This document shows, piece after piece, positions 1-10,605 of a DNA stretch of 59,696 nucleotides; positions within the stretch are counted from its first letter, which is position 1, and the number at the start of each line of letters is the position of its first letter. The DNA comes from Nitrososphaerota archaeon (GTDB lineage Archaea > Thermoproteota > Nitrososphaeria > Nitrososphaerales > Nitrosopumilaceae), in contig JAQBHN010000037.1 in NCBI GenBank assembly GCA_032127635.1, positions 1 through 59,696 of the forward strand, given 5' to 3'. The notes below the pieces were generated by a model, which saw only the letters and a list, made by a program, of their open reading frames with translations, was not told the origin of the DNA and did not search any database. Position numbers and translations under genes: made by a program.

Positions 1-53
1 AATTGCAATAATAATTTCAAACAATTTTATTTCACCTAATATGCTTGAACATC

Positions 54-566
54 ATGAATCTTAAAGACAAAATAGCAGATTTTCCAAATTTTCCCAAAAA
101 AGGAATTTTATTTAGAGACTTTAGCCCGATTTTAAAAGATCCGTCAGCATTATCTTATGTGGCAGATGAATTCTCAAAGCATTTCCACCCAAAAGACATC
201 GATGTTTTTGCAGGGATTGAATCAAGAGGGTTCATTCTGGCCTCAATTTTGGCCTCAAGATACAACAAAGGCATGATAATGATCAGAAAAGCAGGAAAAC
301 TGCCGGGAAAGACTGTAAAATTGGCATATACGATTGAATATGGAAAAGACACCATAGAGATACAAAAAGACATCGTCAAGGAGGGAGAAAAAATACTCAT
401 TTGTGATGATTTGCTTGCTACAGGCGGAACAGCAAAGGCATCCGCAAAACTGATTGAAAAAGTGGGCGGAAAAATTGTAGGATTCGCATTCATCATCGAG
501 CTAGTTGATCTCGGCGGAATCAAAGGGATTAGCAAATACAATTGCAAGTCACTGGTGAAGTACTAA
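54..566 (+). CDS. apt: Adenine phosphoribosyltransferase
   Basis: [26 protein letters not shown] and the PRPP-binding motif [12 protein letters not shown]; ATG at 54 preferred. Confidence 0.95.
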   Translation: MNLKDKIADFPNFPKKGILFRDFSPILKDPSALSYVADEFSKHFHPKDIDVFAGIESRGFILASILASRYNKGMIMIRKAGKLPGKTVKLAYTIEYGKDTIEIQKDIVKEGEKILICDDLLATGGTAKASAKLIEKVGGKIVGFAFIIELVDLGGIKGISKYNCKSLVKY

Positions 567-1357
567 TGGAAAGAGATGTCGAAATAGGAATTTTTGGGGG
601 AACCGGAATTTATGATTCAGGCCTGCTTGAAAATGCGCAGGAAGTTGACATGGATACCCCCTACGGCAAACCTTCAGATACAATTACGGTTGGAACTTTC
701 AAGGGAAGAAAGATTGCGTTTCTTCCAAGACACGGAAAAAAACACACCATCCCGCCACATAAAATCAATTTTAAAGCAAACATCTGGGCATTCAAAGAAT
801 TGGGAGTTACAAGAATCATTGCACCGTCAGCAGTCGGAAGCCTGAAGGAGGAATTGGCACCAGGCCACTTTGCATTGCCAACACAGTTCATAGACTTTAC
901 AAAATCCAGAGACGGCTCGTTTTCAGAAAATGGCAGGGTAATACACATCTCAGTGGCCGATCCGTTTTGTCCAGAACTACAGTCATCAATCATCCAGGTG
1001 ACTGACAGACAGGGTTTGAACATCCACAAAGACTGCACATATGTCTGCATAGAGGGGCCGCGTTTTTCAACCAAAGCCGAATCAAAATTCTACAGAACCA
1101 CAGGGGCAGACATCATTGGAATGACGCTTGTTCCAGAATGTCAGCTGGCAAGAGAGGCACAGATGTGTTATGCCTCAATTTCCACAGTTACAGATTACGA
1201 TGTCTGGGCCGACAAGCCAGTTACAGCAAAAGAAGTGATGGAGACACTTTCAAAGAACGTGGAGAAAACAAAAAAAATACTGGCAGAGTTAATTGATAAA
1301 ATTCCTAAGACAAGAAGTTGTTCTTGTGCAAAGGCATTGGAAGAAGCCGAATTTTAG
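566..1357 (+). CDS. mtnP: S-methyl-5'-thioadenosine phosphorylase
   Basis: GIFGGTG, FLPRHG, EGPRFST, IGMT and VTDYD motifs; ATG overlaps the apt stop (TAATG). Confidence 0.93.
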   Translation: MERDVEIGIFGGTGIYDSGLLENAQEVDMDTPYGKPSDTITVGTFKGRKIAFLPRHGKKHTIPPHKINFKANIWAFKELGVTRIIAPSAVGSLKEELAPGHFALPTQFIDFTKSRDGSFSENGRVIHISVADPFCPELQSSIIQVTDRQGLNIHKDCTYVCIEGPRFSTKAESKFYRTTGADIIGMTLVPECQLAREAQMCYASISTVTDYDVWADKPVTAKEVMETLSKNVEKTKKILAELIDKIPKTRSCSCAKALEEAEF

Positions 1358-1638
1358 TCATCAACAAAGGACTCTTTTGTGAGTCCCTCAGGGAGGGTCA
1401 AATCACCCTGAAGCAGACTTCTCTGAAGCAAGTCTATCACCTCATCGACATCATAGCCCAATCTTTCCAACTCTTTCTCGGTAATTTGAGAAAGTTTTGC
1501 GCCGACATTTTGCCCCCCTATCCTGCCAAAGGCAATAGCCGTAAAACGAAATTCATTTTCACCTATTGTGAATTTGCCGGTGATCTTTGCAGCCATTTGG
1601 CTTCCGTGAATGTTGTTAATGTGAACTTTAAGGTCCAT
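1354..1638 (-). CDS. Hypothetical protein
   Basis: 94-aa ORF, ATG start, tightly packed behind 1647..2045; no recognisable motif. Confidence 0.75.
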   Translation of the reverse strand: MDLKVHINNIHGSQMAAKITGKFTIGENEFRFTAIAFGRIGGQNVGAKLSQITEKELERLGYDVDEVIDLLQRSLLQGDLTLPEGLTKESFVDD

Positions 1639-1646
1639 TGCAAGAA

Positions 1647-2045
1647 TTAAATTTCTACAGCTTTGTTGACATTGTCATCAATCAGAAAGCTCCAATGCCT
1701 GTCATCTTCGACTTTGAAATCATTAACCTTGAGTGGAATCACCTGTTCGTCAAGACATTCGTGTTTAATTTCATCCTTTTCTTTTAGTTTGACCAATTTC
1801 CATTTGCTTTTTCCTTGCTGTAACTTACACACGGTAACTGCCCATTTTGCATCAGCGTCAATTTTTGGCATACCCACTATTTCTGCAATTTCTTCAATTC
1901 CAAGTTGTTTTTCTTCACAGAATTTCTTTTTACAAACCCCACATCTCCAAACATCGACAGACCCGATGGTTCTTTCATCGACGTTGATGTTTATCACGCC
2001 AAAATAGACTGGCTGATGCTTGCAGGTTTCAGTATCAGTGCTCAA
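1647..2045 (-). CDS. Hypothetical protein, possible Zn-binding (CxH...CxxC)
   Basis: CKHQ...WRCGVCKKKFC; TTG start. Confidence 0.75.
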   Translation of the reverse strand: MSTDTETCKHQPVYFGVININVDERTIGSVDVWRCGVCKKKFCEEKQLGIEEIAEIVGMPKIDADAKWAVTVCKLQQGKSKWKLVKLKEKDEIKHECLDEQVIPLKVNDFKVEDDRHWSFLIDDNVNKAVEI

Positions 2046-2067
2046 TGTTGTTCACCAAGTTTTGGTA

Positions 2068-2424
2068 TTATTTAGTTCTTGCATCATCATATGGTTTTTC
2101 CAAAACCACACCGATATTATCGACAATTTTGTTTCGCTTAAATTCGATATTCTCTCGCTCGCACATCTTTCTATACATGTTTACTGCCGTAAATCGAGGA
2201 TGCATGGCCTCAAATTCGATAGGGGTGATGTCAATAAAGGCGCCAAGTGCCATTAGATCTTTTGATGCTTTTTTTGCCTCGTCAGCAGAGATCTTTAATT
2301 TTTCAGCGATGGTTTCTGATGACATTTTCCCATAACATGTCACTAGCAAAAAAACTCGGGCCTGAATGGACTCCAAATGGATTTCAGATACAAGATCATT
2401 TTCAAGTCCGGAATAAGACATCAT
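2068..2424 (-). CDS. TrmB-like HTH protein
   Basis: QARVFLLVTCYGKMSSETIAEKLKIS...KDLMALG resembles a TrmB N-terminal wHTH. Confidence 0.65.
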   Translation of the reverse strand: MMSYSGLENDLVSEIHLESIQARVFLLVTCYGKMSSETIAEKLKISADEAKKASKDLMALGAFIDITPIEFEAMHPRFTAVNMYRKMCERENIEFKRNKIVDNIGVVLEKPYDDARTK

Positions 2425-2466
2425 TCTTAAAATAAATTACAACGACATAAAACATGATCTATGCAT

Positions 2467-2685
2467 CTATTTTTTGACTAGAATCTTTTTAGAAATTTTC
2501 AAGGAAAACCCCATGGCAATGAAATGAATTACCGCCCCTAAAATTGCAGCATAAATCAAGTTGTCCAAAACAGTCCAGGAAATGAGAAATGTCAGGACAG
2601 ACGGGACCGTGATTATGATTGCGATGACCGTTCCCCTTATAGCAATCTCGCGAATTGAAAGTTTGGATTGTTTGTCATCAGACAA
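2467..2685 (-). CDS. Small membrane protein (2 TM)
   Basis: Two hydrophobic helices; TTG at 2685 (LSDDKQSK) more plausible than 2796 because it avoids overlap with the divergent gene. Confidence 0.7.
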   Translation of the reverse strand: MSDDKQSKLSIREIAIRGTVIAIIITVPSVLTFLISWTVLDNLIYAAILGAVIHFIAMGFSLKISKKILVKK

Positions 2686-2756
2686 TGGATAAAATTTTAA
2701 AAATGCTAATAAAAACCAAAGATACTTTATATTTGGTAGACTGTAATTTTCACTGT

Positions 2757-3215
2757 TTGGCAAGCTATAAGGGGGCATATTCAAATGAACAGTCATTAAA
2801 TTTTGTAATTCCCATAATTGTTATTTTGTTTCTAGGAATTATCTACATAATGACACAGAGGGCGGATTCAGGATTTGTGAGTTTTATTCTAATCGGTGCA
2901 GCCGCTCTTACAATGTTTTACTGGGTGAGAGTTCTAAAGAAAATGGCAAAAGACCAAAAACCCGCATATACTCAAGCAAGAGAGCAAGAAACAAAGAACT
3001 GGGTGTATGATTTGATCAAGGGTGATGAAGAGTTTGTTTTCGTTGCAGAAGTTCCAGGTCCTGAAGACAAAATTGCAGTAAGGTTAGTTGACGGAATTTT
3101 ATACATACGTGGAACGTCAGGATTCTCAAAAGAAATTCCGATAGAGGGGGTCAAAGAAATGCAGATATTTGATTTCAAATATAAAAACGGCGTACTAACG
3201 CTAAGAATAAAGTAA
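2757..3215 (+). CDS. Membrane-anchored Hsp20/alpha-crystallin domain protein
   Basis: Two N-terminal TM helices, then VAEVPG...YKNGVLTLRI; TTG start ~25 nt after TTTATAT. Confidence 0.8.
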   Translation: MASYKGAYSNEQSLNFVIPIIVILFLGIIYIMTQRADSGFVSFILIGAAALTMFYWVRVLKKMAKDQKPAYTQAREQETKNWVYDLIKGDEEFVFVAEVPGPEDKIAVRLVDGILYIRGTSGFSKEIPIEGVKEMQIFDFKYKNGVLTLRIK

Positions 3216-4343
3216 TTAGAGACTTTTTGCCAATTCCAATTTTTGTGGCAGATATTTGTCCGTAATGTTTGTCAATCCATATTTTGAGAAAGCCTCGAGC
3301 TCTGCTTTCCTTTTTAATCTTAAAAATACATCAAGCTCTTTTTTCCACACTCCGTCCTGATATCTAGGATCTTTTTGCAAATCATAGCATCTCTTGATAT
3401 CAGATTCGGTCATTGGGATTGTCGGCAACTTGTATTTTTCAATATCAGTGGCCCACACGCCTACCCATTTTGCATCAGGAACTGTCAGGTCTCTAAGATG
3501 GGCAGCGTTGGCAGAGCCGGATTTTATAACCATTGCAATATGTTCCCCGTACACATCCCCGTCAGTTAAAACAATTACAGGCAAATTCATTTCCTCATGC
3601 AGTCTTTTTAGCAACGTTCTGGTTGAGCGCGGTGCTTGTCCACCGGTATTGATGATGATGGATTTGAATTTTTTGTCAACTTGCTCCTCAACAAATCTTG
3701 TAAAAAGACCGCCCTTTTCAATCGCAATGACGATTTCTGCACTGGTGTCTACCAGTTCGGCAGTTGTTAAGCTTGGACCTATGGAATATCCGTCAGGGTG
3801 GTTTGACAGGTTCATTTTTTTTCCCTCATATCCAGGAATAGTGTATTCGATGGTCAAATCCCCGAAAATTGAACTTCTCTCTTCTGGAAATATGTGAAAA
3901 TCTTCCCGAGGTTTTGAAGTTACGGCCTCCAAATCTACAATGATGTTATCGGATTCGGACTGGTCCTCAAATTCAATAGCGAAAGCTTGCGACGAGTAGT
4001 AAATATCTCTCAACGTGGATGATTTTCTTTCTTTGGTCAATCTGTTTGCAAAAAATGCCAACCACATCAATTGTGTAAAAGATCTCAGCTGTGCAGAATT
4101 TCTCGAGCTTCTTACTGCGGCATTGCTTCCCAGAATGTACTGTCGGAGTTTTTTATCATAAACAATGTTACTCACGGATCTACTTGGAATGGAGAATTTT
4201 GGAAACTGGCCGTTGTCCAGGTCGTCGTATATTTTTGCACCGTGACTTTTAAGCATCTCAAGAATATTCTTTTGCTTTACATCAGCTTTGTTGCTTCGTG
4301 CATCAATCTTTGCTTGCTCTTTCTTAGTTGTCGCCAATTTCAT
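3216..4343 (-). CDS. top6A: DNA topoisomerase VI subunit A
   Basis: STLRDIYY (catalytic Tyr), IEKGG and TOPRIM DGDVYG. Confidence 0.96.
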   Translation of the reverse strand: MKLATTKKEQAKIDARSNKADVKQKNILEMLKSHGAKIYDDLDNGQFPKFSIPSRSVSNIVYDKKLRQYILGSNAAVRSSRNSAQLRSFTQLMWLAFFANRLTKERKSSTLRDIYYSSQAFAIEFEDQSESDNIIVDLEAVTSKPREDFHIFPEERSSIFGDLTIEYTIPGYEGKKMNLSNHPDGYSIGPSLTTAELVDTSAEIVIAIEKGGLFTRFVEEQVDKKFKSIIINTGGQAPRSTRTLLKRLHEEMNLPVIVLTDGDVYGEHIAMVIKSGSANAAHLRDLTVPDAKWVGVWATDIEKYKLPTIPMTESDIKRCYDLQKDPRYQDGVWKKELDVFLRLKRKAELEAFSKYGLTNITDKYLPQKLELAKSL

Positions 4344-6195
4344 TTTCCTCCTTTACTGTTTGTTTAGATTCAATTACATTTTCATCTATAATTTTCTTAT
4401 AATTAGGTTCTTTCTTTTTTCCAGCAAGTTCCGTACAAAATTCTGCTATCAGCGGAATATATTTTGCGTAAAGATTTGCCCTCTTTTTTGCCATGTCAGC
4501 CTGGCCTCTTTTTGACATGTATGCAGCCAATTTTCTAGACAGCAATTGCAGAGCCAATTTCAGCTCCCGTTCAATTTCAGGTCTGTCTGCCACATTTTCT
4601 TTTCCAGCGGTTTTATACGGAATTCTGGTAGAGCAGATGTGAGAAACGATAATGAATGGCGGTTCGCCTTTTACTTTGTACCTGCCCCAGTCAGTTTCAT
4701 TGACAACTTTGAGGACCACATCACTGCCTTCGTCGTACAGTAGCGGGATTCTATTGGCATATCTGTACACATGGGGTCCACCTGTTTTTATATCGCCACC
4801 GTAAGCGATGCCCATCTCAACAATGAACGGGAATCCGGAATATGCGGATGCTGGACGTTGCACAACGGCGGCAAAGTCAGGATTAAAGAATTTTTTAATT
4901 CCCTTTTCCAACGGTTCTGCGCCTAGAGGCGCCAGGCAAGTGGAATCAGGGGCCATGAAATCTTCAAATTTTTGAAGCGCGTCACTAAGATCCACCAATT
5001 CCTGGTTTGACAAAGTACCCATTCTTTTTTCAGGCTTGAATCCGGCGTATTCTGCAAATTTGACAGCGGTGGTAGGCCCTATTCTTTGGAATCGTTTTGT
5101 CAGAAATGTTGTAAGCGGCTCGCCTTGCACGGTATTGGTAAGTTGTTTGTAATACTGACTTTCAGGATCCATGTCTACAGATTTCGATTGTGAATCACCA
5201 AAATCCCAATAATGCAGTTTTTTGTTTGGCATGTCAATGTCTTCAATCTTAATTTTGTTTAACTTTTCAAAATCCATTTTTAAAAATGACATTAAAGATA
5301 TTACCACCCTAACTTGGCGCGGAAGTGTCTTCCACTTTTTCTTTGCCTTTTCCATGATTGCAGCAAAGGTAAAACTTTTTACGGACAACCCTAAATCTTT
5401 TCTAACTTTTTCTATCATCGCATCATCGATAGTGGGAATTTCAAATTGGGATTCAACAATCATCCTTCTAATTCTCTCCACATCAATCCCGTGCGGATGA
5501 GGTCGAATAATAGTTGGAGGTGGGGGAATCTCTTTTACAAATCTGGGATGGCTGAATTTTTCCCCCTTTGGATCATCAAAGGTTATTGAGGCATATGGGG
5601 TGATCAAAGAAGTTTCATAAACATAATCCCTAATCTTGTTTCCCGCTTTTGAATAATCTCCCTCCAAACAGATACTTACAGAGAGTCCTTTTTTTGAAAC
5701 TTCCTTAGTAGTATGTTGAACAATTACGGGCTTATTTTTTTGAATGTCAAGTAACAATTCAAATACATCCTGCGTAACACCGTCCACAGAACTTTTGACT
5801 GTAACTGGCTGGTTGGTGGTAATTTGCCCGTAAAGAATTGCCATGGTCGCTCCTAGTCCAAACATTCCCCTTGCTTGCTTTAATCCGAATTTGGAACCAT
5901 AAAGTACAGTTCCAAAAGCAAGCGGAATATGGTCTGCATCTATTCCAGGACCGTTATCCTTTACAGTCAGTATGTACGGTTTGGGATCCGGCTTGTCAGG
6001 ATCGACTGCCTTGATGATCAAATGAACGTCTGGAAGAATGCCCTTTTGGTCACATGCATCCAATGCGTTTTCAACAAACTCTCTTACAGCAGTGTAAAGA
6101 GATCTTGTCGGATTACTAAATCCGGCTAAATCACGATTACTGTAAAAGAATTCACTCGGGGAAATTTGATTGAATTGTTCTTTAATAGAAGACAT
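4324..6195 (-). CDS. top6B: DNA topoisomerase VI subunit B, with a ~110-aa insertion
   Basis: GHKL motifs EFVENALDA, DNGPG, GSKF, RGMFGLG; YANRIPLL; TAGKE. Confidence 0.96.
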   Translation of the reverse strand: MSSIKEQFNQISPSEFFYSNRDLAGFSNPTRSLYTAVREFVENALDACDQKGILPDVHLIIKAVDPDKPDPKPYILTVKDNGPGIDADHIPLAFGTVLYGSKFGLKQARGMFGLGATMAILYGQITTNQPVTVKSSVDGVTQDVFELLLDIQKNKPVIVQHTTKEVSKKGLSVSICLEGDYSKAGNKIRDYVYETSLITPYASITFDDPKGEKFSHPRFVKEIPPPPTIIRPHPHGIDVERIRRMIVESQFEIPTIDDAMIEKVRKDLGLSVKSFTFAAIMEKAKKKWKTLPRQVRVVISLMSFLKMDFEKLNKIKIEDIDMPNKKLHYWDFGDSQSKSVDMDPESQYYKQLTNTVQGEPLTTFLTKRFQRIGPTTAVKFAEYAGFKPEKRMGTLSNQELVDLSDALQKFEDFMAPDSTCLAPLGAEPLEKGIKKFFNPDFAAVVQRPASAYSGFPFIVEMGIAYGGDIKTGGPHVYRYANRIPLLYDEGSDVVLKVVNETDWGRYKVKGEPPFIIVSHICSTRIPYKTAGKENVADRPEIERELKLALQLLSRKLAAYMSKRGQADMAKKRANLYAKYIPLIAEFCTELAGKKKEPNYKKIIDENVIESKQTVKEENEIGDN

Positions 6196-6754
6196 CTTGA
6201 TCTTCCCATAATTGCATTCTTTCTATTTTTTCTTTTCTGTTAACAGCTTCTAACTTTGTATAAACAGCCCCATGCATACTTCCACTTGAAATAGCAGATA
6301 TTGCGTCAACTGCAACACGTAATTTGCTTGAATCGCCAATAATTGAAACAGTTCTTCCGTAAACTGAGATATGAGTACCACTAAGATTTTCCATATTTCG
6401 TCTTGCTCTACCACCCTCTCCGATAATCCTCCCTTTTATCCTTTCAACATTCGCACTGGATTTTCCTGCAAACTCTCTAAGATCTATTACATGTAATGCG
6501 TTTTCACCCTCCAGCAAAGTCATTGCATGTTCAGGAGAAAAACCCCTGCCAATTGCAGTTACAATCTCCATAGCTTTGAAAGGTTGAATTTTTTCAACAT
6601 CACCCTGAGTTCTTATAAAGACTTCACCGTTGTCGCCGTCAATCTCTAAAGAAACATAGCAAGCCTCTTCAATTTTTAATTTTACATTTCCAGCCTTTCC
6701 AATCAAGGCCCCGACTCGATCGTTTGGAATGCGAATTAGTTTTTCAAAGCTCAT
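6182..6754 (-). CDS. KH-domain RNA-processing protein (Dim2/Pno1 family)
   Basis: GALIGKAG and GRIIGEGG KH loops, AIGRGFSPE; adjacent to RIO1. Confidence 0.92.
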   Translation of the reverse strand: MSFEKLIRIPNDRVGALIGKAGNVKLKIEEACYVSLEIDGDNGEVFIRTQGDVEKIQPFKAMEIVTAIGRGFSPEHAMTLLEGENALHVIDLREFAGKSSANVERIKGRIIGEGGRARRNMENLSGTHISVYGRTVSIIGDSSKLRVAVDAISAISSGSMHGAVYTKLEAVNRKEKIERMQLWEDQDVFY

Positions 6755-7530
6755 TTTACAATATCCTCAAATATCTCATCTGAATCTTCAACAGGAATTC
6801 CTCTTTTATTGAAGAATCTTCCAATGTTATTAATATCACGTTTAAGAAATTCTTGAGCGTTTGGATGTCTTATATCAACTCCAGAGCCAAGATCAAAAAC
6901 GACCAAGCCTTTTTCCGTCTTAAAAATATTATATTCTGAAAAATCACCATGAACCAGTTTTGCCTTTTTGTAAAGATCGCCAAGAATAGAAATGGCCTGC
7001 GCGTAATCATTCTCGTCAACTTCCGAAGTTAGCAGTTGCTTTGCAGGTGTGCCACCGTCACCTATGAATTCCATGGCAAGAACATTGTTTGTGACATAGT
7101 ACGGCCTAGGAACCGGGATTCCAGCCCGATAGCATTGGGTTAGATTTCGATGCTCTTTTCTTGCCCACAGATAGACAAGGTTTTTTGTTCCTTTTTTGAG
7201 ATGGGAGAATCTGGGATCTCCAAGGATGTAGGGCTCACGTTTTTTAAAATTTGCAGTACTAACCAAATAAATTTTCAATGCAACGCTGGCGCCATCGTCG
7301 TCAACGCCCCAAAAAAGAACTGATTCCTTTCCTGCACTTACTGTGCCATTAACATATGCAATAACATGATCAGTGATCATTTTGTAAAGAGTCATGACAG
7401 TCGGTTTATCCAGAACTTCGTTGATCACTTTTCCTTTTTTGAATCCGTCTTCCAGAGGCGATCGTTTTCGTTTTGAATTCAGCTTATTATCCAGTTTAGA
7501 TTCCAGCTTTTTGCTAATCGTATCAGTCAA
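6751..7530 (-). CDS. rio1: RIO1-family Ser/Thr kinase
   Basis: SAGKES, ALKIY, WARKE, LVHGDFSEYNI, FDLG. Confidence 0.92.
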   Translation of the reverse strand: MTDTISKKLESKLDNKLNSKRKRSPLEDGFKKGKVINEVLDKPTVMTLYKMITDHVIAYVNGTVSAGKESVLFWGVDDDGASVALKIYLVSTANFKKREPYILGDPRFSHLKKGTKNLVYLWARKEHRNLTQCYRAGIPVPRPYYVTNNVLAMEFIGDGGTPAKQLLTSEVDENDYAQAISILGDLYKKAKLVHGDFSEYNIFKTEKGLVVFDLGSGVDIRHPNAQEFLKRDINNIGRFFNKRGIPVEDSDEIFEDIVK

Positions 7531-7609
7531 CAGGAAGAGGTACTCCTACTAGATAAAAGGGGTTGCTGTTAGAAACTAAAAAAGTTTGCAAAGCAAAAAT
7601 CAAACAGCT

Positions 7610-7906
7610 TTATATTTGAAATATAATCAAAAACGGAACATCTGAAATTATCTTTACAGCGTTTTCAGAACCAATTCCCAATTTCAGAGATAAAGAGACG
7701 GTTTCTTTTCCTGCCATGTTTATTATGGATGAATTTTTCAGTAGAGATTCGGCTTCATCTTTTTCAACAAATCGGTCCCCGTAATAATTTTCGCTAATGT
7801 GGACAGTCAAGTCGTTTTGAGTGATTTTTTTCCCCAGCAGGTTAGCATCGCAGATATTTAGCATTGATTGATTTTGATGGTTGTTAGTTCTAACCGAGAA
7901 TTGCAT
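7610..7906 (-). CDS. DUF424 family protein
   Basis: NICDANLLGK...ENYYG...IINMAG pattern; ATG at 7906 overlaps the aIF2-beta stop. Confidence 0.8.
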   Translation of the reverse strand: MQFSVRTNNHQNQSMLNICDANLLGKKITQNDLTVHISENYYGDRFVEKDEAESLLKNSSIINMAGKETVSLSLKLGIGSENAVKIISDVPFLIIFQI

Positions 7907-8328
7907 TACGCATATTTGCCTTTCAGAGTAGATTTTGCACCACAGGCCTCGCAAATCAAAAACGATATCCTGTTTTCTTTAAGGATTTTTGTATCAGGGC
8001 TTTTGCATGTTGTGCATTCAAGGTAGTCTTTCACATAAATTTGAAATAATCTTGTGAAATCATCGGGGGCCCTTCGGCCAACAAACATTGCCTTATCTCC
8101 CTGCATTTCTGCCGGAACTGCAAATTCTTTTGAAAGATATTGTAAAACTTTTTGAGGATCTCTGCGTAAAATCTTTGGAAATTCTGAAAAATTTCTCAAA
8201 AAGGTCTTTTGTCCTTCCCACATCACATCCACAACAGGAAGTTCAAATCTAGTTTGGGATTCATTGTCAGTATCACCTAGCTTATCCTTAATACGATCGA
8301 GTAGATTTTCGTAGTCTGACTTAGTCAC
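7906..8328 (-). CDS. eif2b: Translation initiation factor aIF-2 beta
   Basis: YENLLDR, RFELP, KTFLRNF, and Zn ribbon CTTCKSPDT...CEACGA. Confidence 0.93.
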   Translation of the reverse strand: MTKSDYENLLDRIKDKLGDTDNESQTRFELPVVDVMWEGQKTFLRNFSEFPKILRRDPQKVLQYLSKEFAVPAEMQGDKAMFVGRRAPDDFTRLFQIYVKDYLECTTCKSPDTKILKENRISFLICEACGAKSTLKGKYA

Positions 8329-8397
8329 TAAAAAATGGTGCAGGGTTGACCCTATATTGGTTTTGAAAAAGAGAAATCGTGTGTACCTTGTGTGAGG

Positions 8398-8550
8398 TTA
8401 TTCTTTTGGCATTGCACCAATACGGAATACGTTAGTACCACATGTTGGACATGTGCCTTTTACGGCAGGACGTCCGTTCTTTAGAGTAGTTTCTTTGGGA
8501 TCTTTGATATCCCTTTTTGCTCTGCATTTTACGCAATATGCTTGAACCAT
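8398..8550 (-). CDS. Small Zn-ribbon protein (DUF5679-like), not in ORF track
   Basis: MVQAYCVKCRAKRDIKDPKETTLKNGRPAVKGTCPTCGTNVFRIGAMPKE (50 aa), with two CxxC pairs. Confidence 0.85.
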   Translation of the reverse strand: MVQAYCVKCRAKRDIKDPKETTLKNGRPAVKGTCPTCGTNVFRIGAMPKE

Positions 8551-8801
8551 TATGAAATTTGTCAAACTTTGTGGTATTTAGGCAGAGGCTGTGAAAATTA
8601 TTTCACTATAGGCGAGATATACGTAAATTTTTTTAGGCATCAAAAAAACAATTTTGTGAATATTTACAAAAAAATACCATTATTTCAAAAAAAAATCTTA
8701 ATGACACATTAGAAAATCATATTTTTTCCAATATTTGTTTAAAAAATCGGGATTTTGTCAGTTATTAGCAAATATAAACTCCTCATCAGTGAAATTACAA
8801 A

Positions 8802-9302
8802 ATGGCATCAAAAAAAGGAATTGCAACAACGGCCATAATTTTAGCTGCAATTACAGGTGCAAGTTTTTTGCTATGGATTGTCCCTCAAGATGTCAAAACA
8901 ACTTTTGTTGTAGCCGACTATGAGAATTATTTGGACGGTGTAAAAAATATCCACGAAGTTTTAGAAGAGTCAATAGGCATTGAATATGACAATCTACGAA
9001 CAGGAAAAATTTCTCCACAAGACTATGTCAGAGTAGCTGAAGCGACATCATCGCAGGTAACTACACAGATAAGTGAATTCGTCACATCAAAACCATCTGA
9101 AGAATGGCAAACAAGCTACATCAATTACATGGATGCTTTAAAATCATTTAATTCATATATTTTGGAAACCAAGGTTTTAGCCAACATGATTGAAAACGGC
9201 AATACGGAAGATGTGATGGATGAAACTTTGGAAAGAATAAACACGCTAAAGTCCGAATCTGAAGAATTTGTCAAAATGTCTGACCAGTCAAGGCCAGAAT
9301 AG
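8802..9302 (+). CDS. Membrane-anchored hypothetical protein
   Basis: N-terminal TM/signal segment followed by an acidic helical domain. Confidence 0.8.
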   Translation: MASKKGIATTAIILAAITGASFLLWIVPQDVKTTFVVADYENYLDGVKNIHEVLEESIGIEYDNLRTGKISPQDYVRVAEATSSQVTTQISEFVTSKPSEEWQTSYINYMDALKSFNSYILETKVLANMIENGNTEDVMDETLERINTLKSESEEFVKMSDQSRPE

Positions 9303-9372
9303 CCCAAGGCCAAATTGCACTATTCGTAGTAGTTAGAAATCATTAAAAAGCAATCCCGTAAGAGAGATTTGA

Positions 9373-10518
9373 ATGTCTCAGCAAACAGGGAAAATTGAAA
9401 AAGACGTTAATGCGTCAACATCTAACAAGTTACTAGTAATTTGTGTTGACAGAGATAATGACGTAGGCGATAAGGCAGCCGTCACCACACCTGTGATCGG
9501 CAGAGATGCATGCATTGAGGCAGCCCAGAGATTAGCTTTGGAGGATCCTGAAGATGCGGATTCAAACTCCATTTTTGCAGCAATTAAAACATATGAAGAC
9601 TTGATCAGCAAGGGATACCGTGTAGAAGTCGTAATTGTCGCGGGAAATAAAAACAGAGGGGTTCAAGCTGACGAAAAAATTTTGTTAGAAACAAGAAAAG
9701 TTTTAGAAAAATTTTCTGCAAACGGCGCAATCATTGTTTCTGACGGTGAAGACGATGAAAGTGTAATACCGGTGATTCAAAACGTGCTTCCAATAGTATC
9801 TGTGCAACGTGTAGTAATGAAAGTCAGTAGAAGTGTAGAATATTCTTACGCGGTTTTTGGAAAATACCTCAAAATGCTTGCATATGATTCAAAATATTCA
9901 AAATTCTTTTTAGGGGTTCCAGGAATTCTTTTGTTAATTGGAGGAATGGCAACCATATTCGGCTATACCGCAGAAATATTTGCAGTGCTTGTAAGTATTT
10001 TGGGTGCCGCGTTTTTAATCAGGGCATTTGATATCGATAGAATATTGTCAAGTTGGTCAAAGCCAACGCCGATGGGTTTTATCAGAATGTTCACAATGAT
10101 TGCAGGGGTTTTGCTAATTCTTTCATCAGTGCCAGCCGGCGTCAGTGCCGTAGATCCAGAGCTGGTTAAAGCAGATGCAGAATTCATTTCGATAATTACC
10201 GACAAAATAATCGTAGGTCAATTTGTGTCAGGGGCAATGCCGATGTTATGGATTGGCATGGGTTCGATATCTGCAGGAATATTGCTGAGCAATTGGATGG
10301 GCGGAATTCCAAGGCAAATCAGCGACATTTTAAGAATAATCGTGTTAGGAGCAATCTACCCAACAATATTGCAGTTTACCAAGATTATGATTGATGATGA
10401 GCCTTCCCTTACTTTGATTCCGCCACTACTAGGCGGATTAGCAGCAACGCTGATCTCAGCTACGATACTCTTTAAAAAATACAGAAAACACAAAGATCAA
10501 GAAATGATTTCAGACTGA
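9373..10518 (+). CDS. DUF373 family membrane protein
   Basis: LVICVDRDND, DPEDADSN, VSDGEDDE, C-terminal TMs; upstream of uppS. Confidence 0.88.
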   Translation: MSQQTGKIEKDVNASTSNKLLVICVDRDNDVGDKAAVTTPVIGRDACIEAAQRLALEDPEDADSNSIFAAIKTYEDLISKGYRVEVVIVAGNKNRGVQADEKILLETRKVLEKFSANGAIIVSDGEDDESVIPVIQNVLPIVSVQRVVMKVSRSVEYSYAVFGKYLKMLAYDSKYSKFFLGVPGILLLIGGMATIFGYTAEIFAVLVSILGAAFLIRAFDIDRILSSWSKPTPMGFIRMFTMIAGVLLILSSVPAGVSAVDPELVKADAEFISIITDKIIVGQFVSGAMPMLWIGMGSISAGILLSNWMGGIPRQISDILRIIVLGAIYPTILQFTKIMIDDEPSLTLIPPLLGGLAATLISATILFKKYRKHKDQEMISD

Positions 10519-10605
10519 ATTCATTCTAAAATGTATCAATAAACCCAATTTCTGAAAAACACTGATATCTTCTATCAAGTATGAATTATCAAATGGTGAT
10601 CAAAC

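Noticed and set aside
5125-5455. top6B insertion as an intein
   Set aside because: No N-terminal Cys/Ser block or C-terminal His-Asn plus Cys/Ser/Thr splice motif, and no LAGLIDADG motifs
8591-8606. Palindrome GTGAAA-ATTA-TTTCAC upstream of the DUF5679-like gene
   Set aside because: A single 6-bp inverted repeat in very AT-rich DNA; no second copy found, so chance cannot be excluded
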